Assembly (NCBI GenBank): GCA_045863235.1 | Contig: BTUM01000007.1 | Coordinates: 64,001-128,000 of the forward strand | Direction: 5' to 3' | From: Candidatus Xenobia bacterium | Lineage (GTDB): Bacteria; Vulcanimicrobiota; Xenobia; Xenobiales; QWHO01 | DNA: 64,000 bases | The notes under the pieces: model-generated | Seen by the model: the letters and a program-made list of their open reading frames with translations, nothing else | The model's database searches: none | Told to the model about the DNA's origin: nothing | Position numbers and translations under genes: made by a program | Part shown: piece by piece, positions 43,552 to 53,425 of the stretch | How the letters are laid out: each line of letters begins with the position of its first letter | How positions within the stretch are numbered: position 1 is the stretch's first letter

Positions 43552-46056
43552 CTAACTTCCCATGCTGCGCCACTGGTCGATCCAGTTCTGCAGCCCATCG
43601 ATCACGGCCGGATTGGCGTTCAGGAGGGCTCGATAGAGATCCTGGCCGGACTGGAGCAGGGGCTCGAGGTTGGGGTAGCTCTTGCAGGCCTCTTCGAGCA
43701 CTCCGAGCGAGTAGTAAAGCTCTTCCGCCAGAGGCTCGGCGTGGGCCCGGCTGGGCTGGCGGCGAAGCCGGTCGAGCTTTTGCTCCACTCCGTCCAGCCG
43801 CTCCAGGAACTGCTGGCGAAGGTTCTTCGGTTCGACCGCGCCGGAGACTGTGGTGCGGCCAGGCACGTGCCCGACGGCTGCCGCCTCGGCTCCAAACGTC
43901 CAGACGGACTCGAAGGCCGGGTCGATCTCGCCCGTCACGCGAGTCATGCTGTCGTCTTGAATCAGCCGCCGGACCTCCGGGGTCTCCTTGTTGATGGAGT
44001 CGAGCTTGTCTTTGTGCTTGTCGCGGATCTTGGCGGCCTGCTCGCCCTCGATCTTGGCTCGATCGCTTCCAGGAGGCTTCTGGCGAGTAAACTGAGCTTT
44101 GGCACCCTCGGCAATCTTCTTGGCGCCGCCCTGGCTCTTGGCTGTCAAGCGATTGGAAGTATTCACCCCGGTTTTGGCGGTCAGGCCCCGATCTCTACGC
44201 ACTTCCAGGGGCTTGGGCGCCGGGGGAGCCGGAGCGGGCTCGGCCGGAGGCTTGTTCTCCAGCGGTGGGAGCGGCGGCAGTTTGGCAGTCTCCACTGCGG
44301 GTTGCGCGGGTTGCTTCGCCGGCGCTGGTGGGTCGGCCAGTGCTTGTGAGGACGCAGCCGCCGGACCAGTTCCATCTGCCAGCACGTGAAGGTGGGCCAC
44401 GTTTTGCAGATCGAGCAGCACCAGGGCGGTGGCCAGGCTGAGGACGCCGCTCTGGACGGAAAGCTCACTGAGCTCCTGGGTCAACCCCGCCTGGTCGGAT
44501 GGGCCGGCAAGCTGACGCTGCTCTTCCAGTTGAGCCAGGCGCAGGCGGGCCCAACCCGCTGCCAGAGCCGGGTTCTTGCTGGGGAAGGGAGCGATCTTGG
44601 CGGTGCGGACGGCGGTCTCGTGCGGGAGTTTGAGCTGCAGGGCCAGGGCACCCTGGCCCGTCTTGCGGCCTGCTGCCGAGACCGGTCGCTGGGCCAGGAG
44701 GTCGCTCAGCTGGGTCGGAACCAGAGAGTCGGGCAGAAGACCCAGCCCCTGGTCCTGGAGCTCGAGCTCGAAGGCGACCGGTTGGCGAAGACTGCCGATC
44801 AGACGCTCGACCGCGTCCTTCAGTTGCTCGGCCTGGACCTGGAAGGCGTGACCGCGGCACTGATCGGAGAGTCGACTGAGAACGACCTGGTTTTCGCGCG
44901 AAAGGCTGAACGCATAGAGCCGCCCGGGCAGGGGACGAGTCCGGGCGGCTTTGATGAGCTCACCACCCTGGGGCAGGCTCGATGCGGTGATGAGCACGAG
45001 CCAGAGGGTCCGGCCCGTACCAGGCACCGCTCGCAGTTGCTCGAGCACCTTGGGCAGATCGGCCGTCCCGGCAGGAGCCAGGGTCTTCAGCCACTCGAGC
45101 GCGGCCGGGCGCTCGGCCGGTCCGGTCAAACGCCCGCCGGATGGCCCGGCAAGTTGCTCGTTGTAGGCCCAGATGGCAAATCGGTCACGCTCACCCAGCA
45201 TTCCCAGGGCCTGGGTCAGGGCCTGGCGAGCCCCATCGAGGTTGGCCCCGGCCATAGCCTGAGAGCGGTCGAGCAGGAACACCACGTCCACCCCGGCAGG
45301 GCTGGGGACGGTGTTCTTGGGGGGCAGAATCCCGACGTGGAAATGCTGATCGCCGGCAAAGAGCTGAACCCTGGGTTGCTCGGCTCCCAGCCGAAAGCGG
45401 AGGGTGAAGTCGCGAGGCTTCAGCTCCGCCGGGCGGGCCAGCTCGATGCGCAGGTCCCCCCTCTGGCTCGATTGAGTGGCGGTGGGCTGGCTGGCTGCCA
45501 GCCGAGCCGGTGGCACCCCGGCCGTTTCGAGCACGGTCACCATCTGAAAGTTGGCCGGCACGTTCCCGGCCTGGTCCAGCAAAGGAAAATGGAACACCAG
45601 GTCGCCGCCGGCTTGCGGCTCGAGGGCCTCGACATAGGCCAGATTGATGGCGACCTCGGAACCGGGGGGGACAGCTCCCAGATTAATCTGGAGGGTAGCG
45701 ACCGATTGCTCGGTGAGAGTGGCTGGTTGGCCCTTGGCCAGCACGGCCTGATAGGCCTGCATGGCCCGCCCCCGGTCCTGCAGCCGTCCTTCCAGGACTT
45801 TGCCGGCAACCTGAGCCCGGAAACGGCTCAGCCTGGCCCCGAGGGGAAAAGCGAGCTGGTAGGTCAGCGGGGTTGTTCCGGACCCGGCCGTATAGCGCGC
45901 CGTGCTCTCCACCCAGGCCAGCGACCCGGAGATCCAGACCCGAACGGATGCGTCCAGAAGTTGCCCGCCCGAGAGCATGCCAGGGCCAAGACCCCGCGAA
46001 ATCGAGGGGCACTCGGCATCGCCAAGTAGCTCCAGGGCCCGGGCAGCTGCCTCCAT
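43552..46056 (-). CDS. VIT and vWA domain protein
   Basis: N-terminal VIT-like region; VVFLLDRSQAM vWA start, DRFAI and SLATALV; Pro/Ala-rich linker. Confidence 0.85.
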   Translation of the reverse strand: MEAAARALELLGDAECPSISRGLGPGMLSGGQLLDASVRVWISGSLAWVESTARYTAGSGTTPLTYQLAFPLGARLSRFRAQVAGKVLEGRLQDRGRAMQAYQAVLAKGQPATLTEQSVATLQINLGAVPPGSEVAINLAYVEALEPQAGGDLVFHFPLLDQAGNVPANFQMVTVLETAGVPPARLAASQPTATQSSQRGDLRIELARPAELKPRDFTLRFRLGAEQPRVQLFAGDQHFHVGILPPKNTVPSPAGVDVVFLLDRSQAMAGANLDGARQALTQALGMLGERDRFAIWAYNEQLAGPSGGRLTGPAERPAALEWLKTLAPAGTADLPKVLEQLRAVPGTGRTLWLVLITASSLPQGGELIKAARTRPLPGRLYAFSLSRENQVVLSRLSDQCRGHAFQVQAEQLKDAVERLIGSLRQPVAFELELQDQGLGLLPDSLVPTQLSDLLAQRPVSAAGRKTGQGALALQLKLPHETAVRTAKIAPFPSKNPALAAGWARLRLAQLEEQRQLAGPSDQAGLTQELSELSVQSGVLSLATALVLLDLQNVAHLHVLADGTGPAAASSQALADPPAPAKQPAQPAVETAKLPPLPPLENKPPAEPAPAPPAPKPLEVRRDRGLTAKTGVNTSNRLTAKSQGGAKKIAEGAKAQFTRQKPPGSDRAKIEGEQAAKIRDKHKDKLDSINKETPEVRRLIQDDSMTRVTGEIDPAFESVWTFGAEAAAVGHVPGRTTVSGAVEPKNLRQQFLERLDGVEQKLDRLRRQPSRAHAEPLAEELYYSLGVLEEACKSYPNLEPLLQSGQDLYRALLNANPAVIDGLQNWIDQWRSMGS

Positions 46057-46529
46057 CAGTTCCTTTCCGTCAGTTTTGTAGTCCCAGGTTCGCTCCCGGA
46101 GGCTTCCGCCCCTACTGCGCTCCGGGTCAAGTCCCGGGTGAGCAGGGAGCGCACCTCGGGTTGAATGGGTCGAGTCTGACCGGTCGCGTAGTCGTAGCCC
46201 ACCTGCACGGTGCGCCCAACCGCGGCCACCTGTCCATCGCCTCGTCGGACCCGGTACTCCAGGTCAAAGCTCTTGGTCCCCAGCTTGGAGCAGCGCACGC
46301 CCACCTGGAGGGTGTCAGGGAAGGACACGCTGCTGCGGTAATCGCATTCGACCCGGGCCAGGATGAAGTCCAGAGCGGCCACCGAGCGAACCCCGCTCAA
46401 CTGCATCCAGTATGCCGTACGGGCGATTTCGAAGTAGGTGAGAAAACTGGCGTGGTTCACGTGGCCGAGCGCGTCCAGGTCGCGAAAGCGTACCTCTACC
46501 GGATGCTCGAAGCTAAACTCCCCGTCCAT
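46056..46529 (-). CDS. Acyl-CoA thioesterase (4HBT/FcbC family)
   Basis: VRFRDLDALGHVNHASFLTYFEIAR motif. Confidence 0.92.
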   Translation of the reverse strand: MDGEFSFEHPVEVRFRDLDALGHVNHASFLTYFEIARTAYWMQLSGVRSVAALDFILARVECDYRSSVSFPDTLQVGVRCSKLGTKSFDLEYRVRRGDGQVAAVGRTVQVGYDYATGQTRPIQPEVRSLLTRDLTRSAVGAEASGSEPGTTKLTERN

Positions 46530-46576
46530 GCTGGCTCGCCCATTCGCCCAGGAAGGGAAGGCAACCTGCCCTGAGC

Positions 46577-48364
46577 TCACCGATAGACCAGATAGAGGCT
46601 GGTGGCGACAAATCCGGCAGTGAGGGCAACCGGGAGCAGCAGACGTACGATACCGTTGCTGATCCAGCGATCCAAAATTCCAGTAACCGACAAGAAGAGA
46701 TAGATGCTGGCAAGGAGATTGAAGGCGGCAAACCAGACGAACTGATGGGCGTAGCTCATCACGGCCAGCTCCGGGTGGAGGAACAGGCGACTCGACAGGG
46801 CGGGCCCGGTCAGGATCACGGACAGGATAATCAGCGGCAGGGTCATGCCCAGCAGGTAGATCATCCCAAATTCGCCTTGCTGACGGTTGGGTAAGCGCTG
46901 GTAGAGCTTGGTGGTGATGAGCGGGGCCAGCACGGCCAGCAGGAAGTAGAAGAGTGCCGTGGTCTCGACCATCGGCAAGACGTCCACCTCGAGGGCGGAG
47001 ATGCCTGAGCCTTGAAGCGAGACCGGTTGTCGGCCCAGGTAGGACTCTTGAAAAGCCGTGCTGGTATAGCTCAGAAGGTAATGCTTGATGCGTCCCAAGG
47101 AGTAGTAAAAGCGGAACAGGATATAGGCGGTGCCGATCAAGCTGGGACCAAGCAGCAGCAAAATGGCTCGGGCCGGTGTCAGGTTGGGGATCTTCGAGCT
47201 GGGCAGCAGCATGGTGAGCGGGATCTTCCTGATCTCATGCGGGGTCTGGATGATGAGATACTCGGGCCCGTCACTCAGGGCTGCCGGATCGATCCAGTAG
47301 TCGATCCGGGCATAGCTGCCTTGAAAGACCGTCGGCTTCACGGTCACCTTGGGGTGGGTCGCGCGGATCTGACCGGTGACCGGGCTGTCGTCCGGCAAGA
47401 TGATCTCCACGCGCCCCCGGTAGGAGTATCGCCCCTCCTGACTGCGGTCGGGACCGACATAGGTAATCTGGTGGTGCAGCCTCGGGGTCGGGGGCGGCTC
47501 GGGCGCCTTCTCCTCGACCATCTCTTCTTTCTTCTTGATGGGGCCGGTGTGCTCGCGTTGGAGCATGCTCACGACCAGCCGGGTCAATTCTTCGGCTTCC
47601 TGGGTAGCCGACCCGGCAGGAGAGTTGGCCCCGGAGACCGGCGGCGGGGACACTGCCCCCGACTTTCGGCCCTCACGCAAGCGCAGCGTGAAGCCGGTGC
47701 GAAGCAGACGGTCGCGCCAGCGAACGACCATCTCCATTTGTCCGAATTTCGACCCGGTCTCGAAGCGGTGGTCACAATCTTGGAGAAAACGCCGCGAAGC
47801 CAACACCCAATCGTGCAAGACAGGGAGGAACATCTTGAGCTGTTGCTCGCACACCTCCACCGGGGGCGTTTCCTGGGTGGAGGCAAACCAGGCAATCAGC
47901 TGGTCTTTCCCTTCCACCGGCTCGCCTGCGCCAAGCAGGCGGGTGAAAGTACGGGGGCCCCAGCCCGGCTCAACGAACACCTCAACCAGCACGCGGGCCA
48001 GGGGGTCCTCGGTCATATCGGCCAGGGCTTGCAGGGAGAGCACGATTAGCTCGACTCGCTCGGGTGTGCTGCGGGCCTCGCGCCAGAGGGTGAGCACTTC
48101 GGGAGGAGGGGCCGCCAGGCTGCGCCATGCGGCCGGCAGAACGCCTGCATAGTATCGGGTCAGCAGGCCCAGGGCGTCACGAGTGGCTGCCCAGCAGCGA
48201 GCCGGGTCTCCTTGAGCCAGTTTGCGCTCGAGCTCGCGCAACAAGACCACCAGGTGATCGGGGGCACCTACCGGCACCAGGGGCGCGTCCAAGCCCTCCA
48301 GGGCATTGCTGGCCGGCGGTGTGCCTGAAGAGGCGGGCGGGTTATGCCCTGCAAGCTCGGACAT
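46577..48364 (-). CDS. Hypothetical protein with C-terminal multi-TM region
   Basis: 595-aa ORF with about five hydrophobic helices at the C-terminus; lies within a same-strand gene run. Confidence 0.8.
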   Translation of the reverse strand: MSELAGHNPPASSGTPPASNALEGLDAPLVPVGAPDHLVVLLRELERKLAQGDPARCWAATRDALGLLTRYYAGVLPAAWRSLAAPPPEVLTLWREARSTPERVELIVLSLQALADMTEDPLARVLVEVFVEPGWGPRTFTRLLGAGEPVEGKDQLIAWFASTQETPPVEVCEQQLKMFLPVLHDWVLASRRFLQDCDHRFETGSKFGQMEMVVRWRDRLLRTGFTLRLREGRKSGAVSPPPVSGANSPAGSATQEAEELTRLVVSMLQREHTGPIKKKEEMVEEKAPEPPPTPRLHHQITYVGPDRSQEGRYSYRGRVEIILPDDSPVTGQIRATHPKVTVKPTVFQGSYARIDYWIDPAALSDGPEYLIIQTPHEIRKIPLTMLLPSSKIPNLTPARAILLLLGPSLIGTAYILFRFYYSLGRIKHYLLSYTSTAFQESYLGRQPVSLQGSGISALEVDVLPMVETTALFYFLLAVLAPLITTKLYQRLPNRQQGEFGMIYLLGMTLPLIILSVILTGPALSSRLFLHPELAVMSYAHQFVWFAAFNLLASIYLFLSVTGILDRWISNGIVRLLLPVALTAGFVATSLYLVYR

Positions 48365-48410
48365 CGATCTTGAGCTACTTCGCTCCCGCGGCAGCTCAGC
48401 CTTCCGCCGG

Positions 48411-49499
48411 CTACCTCTCGGTCAGCTCGGTCCACACCTGGCCCAGGCGTGACTGGCAGTGCCGGGCCAGGTTCAAAAGCTTTTGCAGATCGCCGATGCG
48501 TTCGTCCATGGCCAGCTCGACCACGGCCGCCCGGTCGGGGAAGTAGGAGACCAGGACCAGCACGGAGGGCCCACTCGCCGGCGTAACTGCCTCCTCCTCC
48601 CCCTCGTCCTCAGTGGTCTGGGAGAGGGCGGGGGCATTCTGATCGATGCGGGTTGGAACCCCTCGGAAGCTGGGTGCCTGCGAGCTGGCTGCCATTCCGG
48701 CGTCGAGGTAGTCAGGCCGGGCCGGGCCGGTGGGCGTGATGTCGCCAAAGGCGACCGAAGGGGAGGGAGGCGCTTGCGGGGCAGGGGGAGCTTGCTCGGC
48801 TGCCTGAGGCTGCCCGGGGGCTGGTTCGGGCTCGGCTGGCAGCGGCAGGCGGGCAAGAAAGCTCTCGCTGCCAATTCCAAAGACGTCCTCGCGCTTGAGG
48901 GCGGCTGCCTTGAGGGTGTGATAGATCTGCTCGGCCTTGATGCTGGTCGTGCCCCCGTAGACCGCCACCTGAACGAATCCGAGGCTCTCGGTGTTGTAGC
49001 GCCTCAGACTGAAGGGCACGGGAGCCTCGCTGCCTCTGGTGCGCAGCATATTGTTCGGCCGGGATGTGCGCGGACGAAGGCCCGCGCTGGGGGCATAACT
49101 GTAAGGAGCCACTTTCCCGAATACCTCAGGTTGAGGTCCGGTGGGCCTGGCTTGCAGTTCAGCCAGCATCTCCGGAGGCAGGTCTTTGGGCAGGGCAGGC
49201 TCGAGGGTGGGGAAGGGAGGGACGTCCCACTGCTTGGGGGGCGGAAGCGAGCGACCCGGACGGTCTTCGGCCACAGGGACGTCGCTCAGAGGCACGACCG
49301 GCGGGCCGAGCAAGGAGGGAGCAGACTCCTCGACGCTCTGGAATCGCTGGCCAAGGGAGATCTCTTCCTCGACGTCCCGCTGGCTCATCAGCGTCACAGC
49401 GAGGTCCCGGGGGTAGATGGTCGAGTTCTGTGCCTGGCAAAGCAGCAGCGAGCCCAGAAAGAAGGCCAGCCCCACCAGTTTGCCCGGCAATCGTCCCAT
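48411..49499 (-). CDS. Pro-rich secreted hypothetical protein
   Basis: GGAG RBS; signal peptide; 362 aa. Confidence 0.8.
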   Translation of the reverse strand: MGRLPGKLVGLAFFLGSLLLCQAQNSTIYPRDLAVTLMSQRDVEEEISLGQRFQSVEESAPSLLGPPVVPLSDVPVAEDRPGRSLPPPKQWDVPPFPTLEPALPKDLPPEMLAELQARPTGPQPEVFGKVAPYSYAPSAGLRPRTSRPNNMLRTRGSEAPVPFSLRRYNTESLGFVQVAVYGGTTSIKAEQIYHTLKAAALKREDVFGIGSESFLARLPLPAEPEPAPGQPQAAEQAPPAPQAPPSPSVAFGDITPTGPARPDYLDAGMAASSQAPSFRGVPTRIDQNAPALSQTTEDEGEEEAVTPASGPSVLVLVSYFPDRAAVVELAMDERIGDLQKLLNLARHCQSRLGQVWTELTER

Positions 49500-49515
49500 C
49501 CAGAACTCCCTTTCC

Positions 49516-49630
49516 CGCTCGCAGGCTCGCTGCGCGCTTCGCTTGCCCTTGGAGCTACGCTCGCAGGCTCGCTGCGCGCTTCGCTTGCCCTTGGAGCTAC
49601 GCTCGCAGGCTCGCTGCGCGCTTCGCTTGC
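49516..49630. repeat. Perfect 42-bp tandem repeat, 2.7 copies
   Basis: CGCTCGCAGGCTCGCTGCGCGCTTCGCTTGCCCTTGGAGCTA at 49516, 49558 and (partial) 49600. Confidence 0.95.
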
Positions 49631-49702
49631 TTGTTGGGCTTTGGTGGCTCGAATCCTGCTCACAGGATCTTTCTTGCAGCCGCGCGAACCGCGTGCCCTG
49701 TC

Positions 49703-51109
49703 ATGTTGAGCTTGCAGTTTCTTGGAGCCGCCGGCACGGTCACCGGCTCGAAATACCTCCTGACCTACCAGGGCCGTCGCATTCTGATCGATTGCGGACT
49801 CTTCCAGGGCCTCAAAGAGATCCGCTCACGCAACTGGGAGGACCTGCCCGTCGACCCGGCCTCGATCGAGGCCCTGGTGCTGACGCACGCCCACATCGAC
49901 CACACCGGGTTCATTCCCCGGCTGGTGCGGGACGGCTTTAAAGGCAAGATTCACTGTACCCCGGCGACCCGTGACCTTTGCACGCTGCTCTTGCCCGATT
50001 CGGCCCACCTGCAAGAAGAGCAGGCTTTCTATATGAATAAGGAGCGACTCAGCCGCCACAAGCCGGCCCTGCCCCTGTACACGATCTACGATGCCGAGGC
50101 GAGCTTGAGGCGCTTCGTCACCCACGACTACCACGAGGCCTTTGAGCCCCTTCCCGGGATCTCCATCGTCTACCACGACGCCGGCCACATTCTGGGCTCG
50201 GCCTGGATCGAGCTCACGGTGGATGGGAGAAAGATTGTCTTCTCGGGCGATCTGGGGCGGAAGAACGCCCCCATCCTGCGCGATCCGGAAGCGCTGGTGG
50301 GCTGCGAGTACCTGGTGTGCGAGTCCACTTACGGTGATCGTCTGCACGGAGACCACCCCGTTCAGGAGAATATGCGCGAGATCTTGTGGGAGACGATGAA
50401 GCGGTTTGGAGTGCTGGTCATCCCGGCCTTCGCCGTGGAGCGCTCTCAGGAGATCGTCTATCTCTTGCAGGAGATTCGTCGTGACGGCGGCATTCCCGAC
50501 GTCCCGGTCTTCATCGACTCCCCGATGGCCGCCCGGGCCACCCGTATCTTCGCCAACTACCCCCAGTACTTCGACGAGGATGCTCTGGAGCAGCTGCGCA
50601 CCCAGGGCGCCCTGCCGGGCCTCAAGCTGTGCGAGAGCGTGGCCGATTCGAAGGCCATTGCCAGCGTGCGCCCGCCCTTCGTGGTCATTTCGGCCAGCGG
50701 GATGGCCACCGGAGGTCGTATCCTTCACCACCTCAAGCAGTATCTGCCCGATGCTCGTAATACCGTGCTGCTGGTAGGCTACCAGTCGATCGGTACGCGC
50801 GGTTGGCAGCTGCAGCAGGGTGAGGAGCGGATCAAGATCTTCGGGCAGTTCGTTCCTGTTCACGCTCGCGTTCGCAAGCTGGATGGGTTTTCTGGTCATG
50901 CCGATTACGAGCAGATCAATGAGTGGCTGAGAGCCTGTCCTCAACCGCCCAGGCGGGTCTTCTTGACCCACGGTGAAGGAGCCGCCCTGGAAGCTCAGCG
51001 CGCGCGCATCTCGGCCTGGCCGGGATGGCAGGCCCATGTGCCCGAGCACCTCGAGGAGGTGCAGCTTACATTCCAGACCAGGGAGGCCGCCGGTGGAGCT
51101 GTGGTTTGA
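49703..51109 (+). CDS. MBL-fold beta-CASP ribonuclease
   Basis: GAAGTVTGS, THAHIDHTG, AGHILGS, ESTYG, SASGM..GGR and FSGHAD motifs. Confidence 0.95.
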   Translation: MLSLQFLGAAGTVTGSKYLLTYQGRRILIDCGLFQGLKEIRSRNWEDLPVDPASIEALVLTHAHIDHTGFIPRLVRDGFKGKIHCTPATRDLCTLLLPDSAHLQEEQAFYMNKERLSRHKPALPLYTIYDAEASLRRFVTHDYHEAFEPLPGISIVYHDAGHILGSAWIELTVDGRKIVFSGDLGRKNAPILRDPEALVGCEYLVCESTYGDRLHGDHPVQENMREILWETMKRFGVLVIPAFAVERSQEIVYLLQEIRRDGGIPDVPVFIDSPMAARATRIFANYPQYFDEDALEQLRTQGALPGLKLCESVADSKAIASVRPPFVVISASGMATGGRILHHLKQYLPDARNTVLLVGYQSIGTRGWQLQQGEERIKIFGQFVPVHARVRKLDGFSGHADYEQINEWLRACPQPPRRVFLTHGEGAALEAQRARISAWPGWQAHVPEHLEEVQLTFQTREAAGGAVV

Positions 51110-51929
51110 GGAGAGCACGCCTGAGGGCTGGGGTCTGAAGGTGCGCCTCGAGCGCACGCTGGAGTCTGTCCAGAGCCAGTTCCAGCGAATCGACCTCTAT
51201 CAGACCTCAGGGATGGGGAAGCTCCTGGTCATCGACGGGAAGGTCCAACTGTGCGAGTTGGACGAGTTCACCTATCACGAGATGCTGGCCCACGTTCCGC
51301 TGCTCTGCCACCCGGCTCCTCGCCGGGTCATGGTGGTGGGCGGAGGGGACGGCGGCACCATGCGGGAGGTGCTGGCCCACCCCAGCGTGGAGAGAGCGGT
51401 GCTCGTCGAGATCGACCCCGAGGTGGTGCGCGTATGCCGCGAGCATCTGCCGACCCTGTCCGGGCGGCTGGGCGACCCGAGAGTGGAGATTGTGGCCGCC
51501 GACGCGGCCGAGTACATGCGCACCGCCCGCGATTTTGACGCCATCCTGGTGGACTCGAGCGATCCGGTGGGACCCTCCGAGGTGCTCTTCAGCGGCGGGT
51601 TCTATTCGGATCTCCGTCAGGCGCTCACCCCGCAGGGCGTTATGGCCATGCAGTCCGGCTCCCCCTTCTTCTACCTCGAGCAGATCGTCGGCGCTGTGCG
51701 CGGATTGAAGGAGCAATTTCGCCACGTGCGTCCGCTGATCGTGCCTGTGCCGACCTATCCCAGCGGTACCTGGTCGTTGGTGGCCGCTTCGCTGGGCGAG
51801 GATCTCGAGCTCGGCGCGGATGAGCTGGCCCGCCGTTATCGCGAGCGCGGACTGCAAACCCGGTGGTACAGCCCCCAGATGCATCGGGCCAGCCTGGCTC
51901 TTCCCCCCTTCCTGGAGCAGGCCTTGTAG
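51093..51929 (+). CDS. speE: Spermidine synthase (polyamine aminopropyltransferase)
   Basis: YHEMLAH, VGGGDGG, VEID, DSSDPVG and PTYPSG motifs. Confidence 0.95.
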   Translation: MELWFEESTPEGWGLKVRLERTLESVQSQFQRIDLYQTSGMGKLLVIDGKVQLCELDEFTYHEMLAHVPLLCHPAPRRVMVVGGGDGGTMREVLAHPSVERAVLVEIDPEVVRVCREHLPTLSGRLGDPRVEIVAADAAEYMRTARDFDAILVDSSDPVGPSEVLFSGGFYSDLRQALTPQGVMAMQSGSPFFYLEQIVGAVRGLKEQFRHVRPLIVPVPTYPSGTWSLVAASLGEDLELGADELARRYRERGLQTRWYSPQMHRASLALPPFLEQAL

Positions 51930-51932
51930 GCG

Positions 51933-53297
51933 ATGGAGATCGTCCATCTCCCGCCGGCCATGGTCGGGCTCCTCAATGCGCTGCGGGAAGGGGAGGCCGA
52001 CGTTGACACCCGGCTGGAAGAGTTTCGCTCCGAGCGCCAGGCGGCGGGGCGCTGGCTGGAGTTCCACGGGGCCTTCAGTCTAGACGCTGAGGACGAGAAG
52101 GACCTCGAGAACATCGCTTATCTTTTCGAGCAGGTGGATGAGGCGCTGGATGATCTTGCTCTGGAGCGTCTGCTTCCGCCTCTCTATCAGGCCGTGGCCT
52201 TGATGGAGCGGGTCAACAAGCGCCGCGAGCAGCCCCACTTTTCCCCGCAACCGGCCGTGAATGACTTCATCATGGCCGCGGCTGCCTACCTCCAGGGCCG
52301 GGGCCAGAAGCGAGGCGTGCTCGAGCGTCTGCCGATGCTGGACGAATCTTATCAGAGCCTGCGCCAGCTCTACCGCCTGCGCAAGGATGAGCTGAAGAGC
52401 GAAGTGCGACCCGAGCTCGAGACCGGCCTGCGCCATCTCAAGAGGGGCCTGGAGGAGGCCCGCTCAGCCCTGGAGGCCGACGATCGCGACGGATTGCACG
52501 ATTCCCTGGCTCGTCTTTCGGGTGGAGCCGGGATTCTGGACCACTTGCTGGAGTGGGAACGTCAAGACCGGCAGCGGTATCAGGCCCGCTATCGCCGCTA
52601 CAACATCCCTCTGGTGGGCAGCGACCTGGAGCTGGCTCTGGAAACGGGCCGCCAGGTGCCCCGCGAGGACTGGCGGCGGGGAGTTCGCAATCTGGTGGAT
52701 ACCGTGCTGCCCCGCCTCTTCGGGTTCTGGAACCAGGTGCGCTGGCTACTGGTCTTGCCCATGGAGGACCGAGGGTTGCTCGAAGAGATCGACCTGGGCC
52801 TGGAACGTCTGGAGGACGCGGTCGGCCAATTGATGGTGAGCGAGATCACGGCCGAGGAGGCTCTCGGCGAGTATGCCGCGGCTTGCGAAAGCCTTCACCA
52901 TCTCTTCTCGAGCCTCGAGAGCCGGGCTCTGCGAGGAGATCGATACGCCGGCACTCCGGCTGGCGCCTACTGGCAGGTTGGCACCGGGCTGCTGGCCGGA
53001 AGCGTGCCGCTGGTAGCTCTGGAGGAGCTGCTTTTGCGCTCACCCCCGCTGGCTGAGTGGGGAGAGGTGGGCGAGCTGATGTCCCAGTTTCTGCGGCGAC
53101 CCGACCTCGAGCTCGTCAGGGAGGCCCTCTGCCTGTTGCACGAGCTGGTCCCTGAGCCGGAGCCGGACGGCGGCTCCGTGCCCGACAGTTGGAGCTGCGG
53201 GTTCTGCGGTTTTGTGAATCCGCTCGGTCAGCACCCCTGCCGACGCTGCGGGGCCAGCCCATCGGCTTCCTCAATCGAGGAAGCCTGGGAGGCCTAA
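51933..53297 (+). CDS. Helical hypothetical protein with a C-terminal RanBP2-type zinc finger
   Basis: WSCGFCGFVN.....CRRCGA; starts 3 nt after the speE stop. Confidence 0.75.
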   Translation: MEIVHLPPAMVGLLNALREGEADVDTRLEEFRSERQAAGRWLEFHGAFSLDAEDEKDLENIAYLFEQVDEALDDLALERLLPPLYQAVALMERVNKRREQPHFSPQPAVNDFIMAAAAYLQGRGQKRGVLERLPMLDESYQSLRQLYRLRKDELKSEVRPELETGLRHLKRGLEEARSALEADDRDGLHDSLARLSGGAGILDHLLEWERQDRQRYQARYRRYNIPLVGSDLELALETGRQVPREDWRRGVRNLVDTVLPRLFGFWNQVRWLLVLPMEDRGLLEEIDLGLERLEDAVGQLMVSEITAEEALGEYAAACESLHHLFSSLESRALRGDRYAGTPAGAYWQVGTGLLAGSVPLVALEELLLRSPPLAEWGEVGELMSQFLRRPDLELVREALCLLHELVPEPEPDGGSVPDSWSCGFCGFVNPLGQHPCRRCGASPSASSIEEAWEA

Positions 53298-53425
53298 AAA
53301 AAAGTCGGGCTGTCGGGCAGCCCGCATAAGGGAAGGAGGCCTGGGGATCTTGTGCGACCGGGCGTCGCACGGAACTTGATCGTTGAGCTTATCATCACCC
53401 CGGTCCGGCCTCTGACCAGGGGGAG
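53296..53425 (-). ncRNA. Candidate small RNA with its own terminator
   Basis: Minus strand carries a possible TTGTAA/TAACCT promoter, two hairpins, a CCTCCTTCC tract and a CGGGCTG-stem terminator with T8, all between two plus-strand genes. Confidence 0.35.

Noticed and set aside
44386..46029. 547-aa plus-strand ORF and similar long antisense ORFs (e.g. 38170..39534, 49826..51157, 56490..57872)
   Set aside because: Each mirrors a motif-supported gene on the other strand, as expected in high-GC DNA.
49516..49630. CRISPR array
   Set aside because: The units are contiguous and identical with no unique spacers, and no cas genes are present. The same applies to the 28-bp repeat at 54539-54604.
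49064..49702. N-terminal repeat extension (ARRLAARFACPWSY) on the beta-CASP RNase
   Set aside because: It arises from read-through of the 42-bp intergenic repeat and overlaps the divergent gene; the family start MLSLQFLGAA is at 49703.
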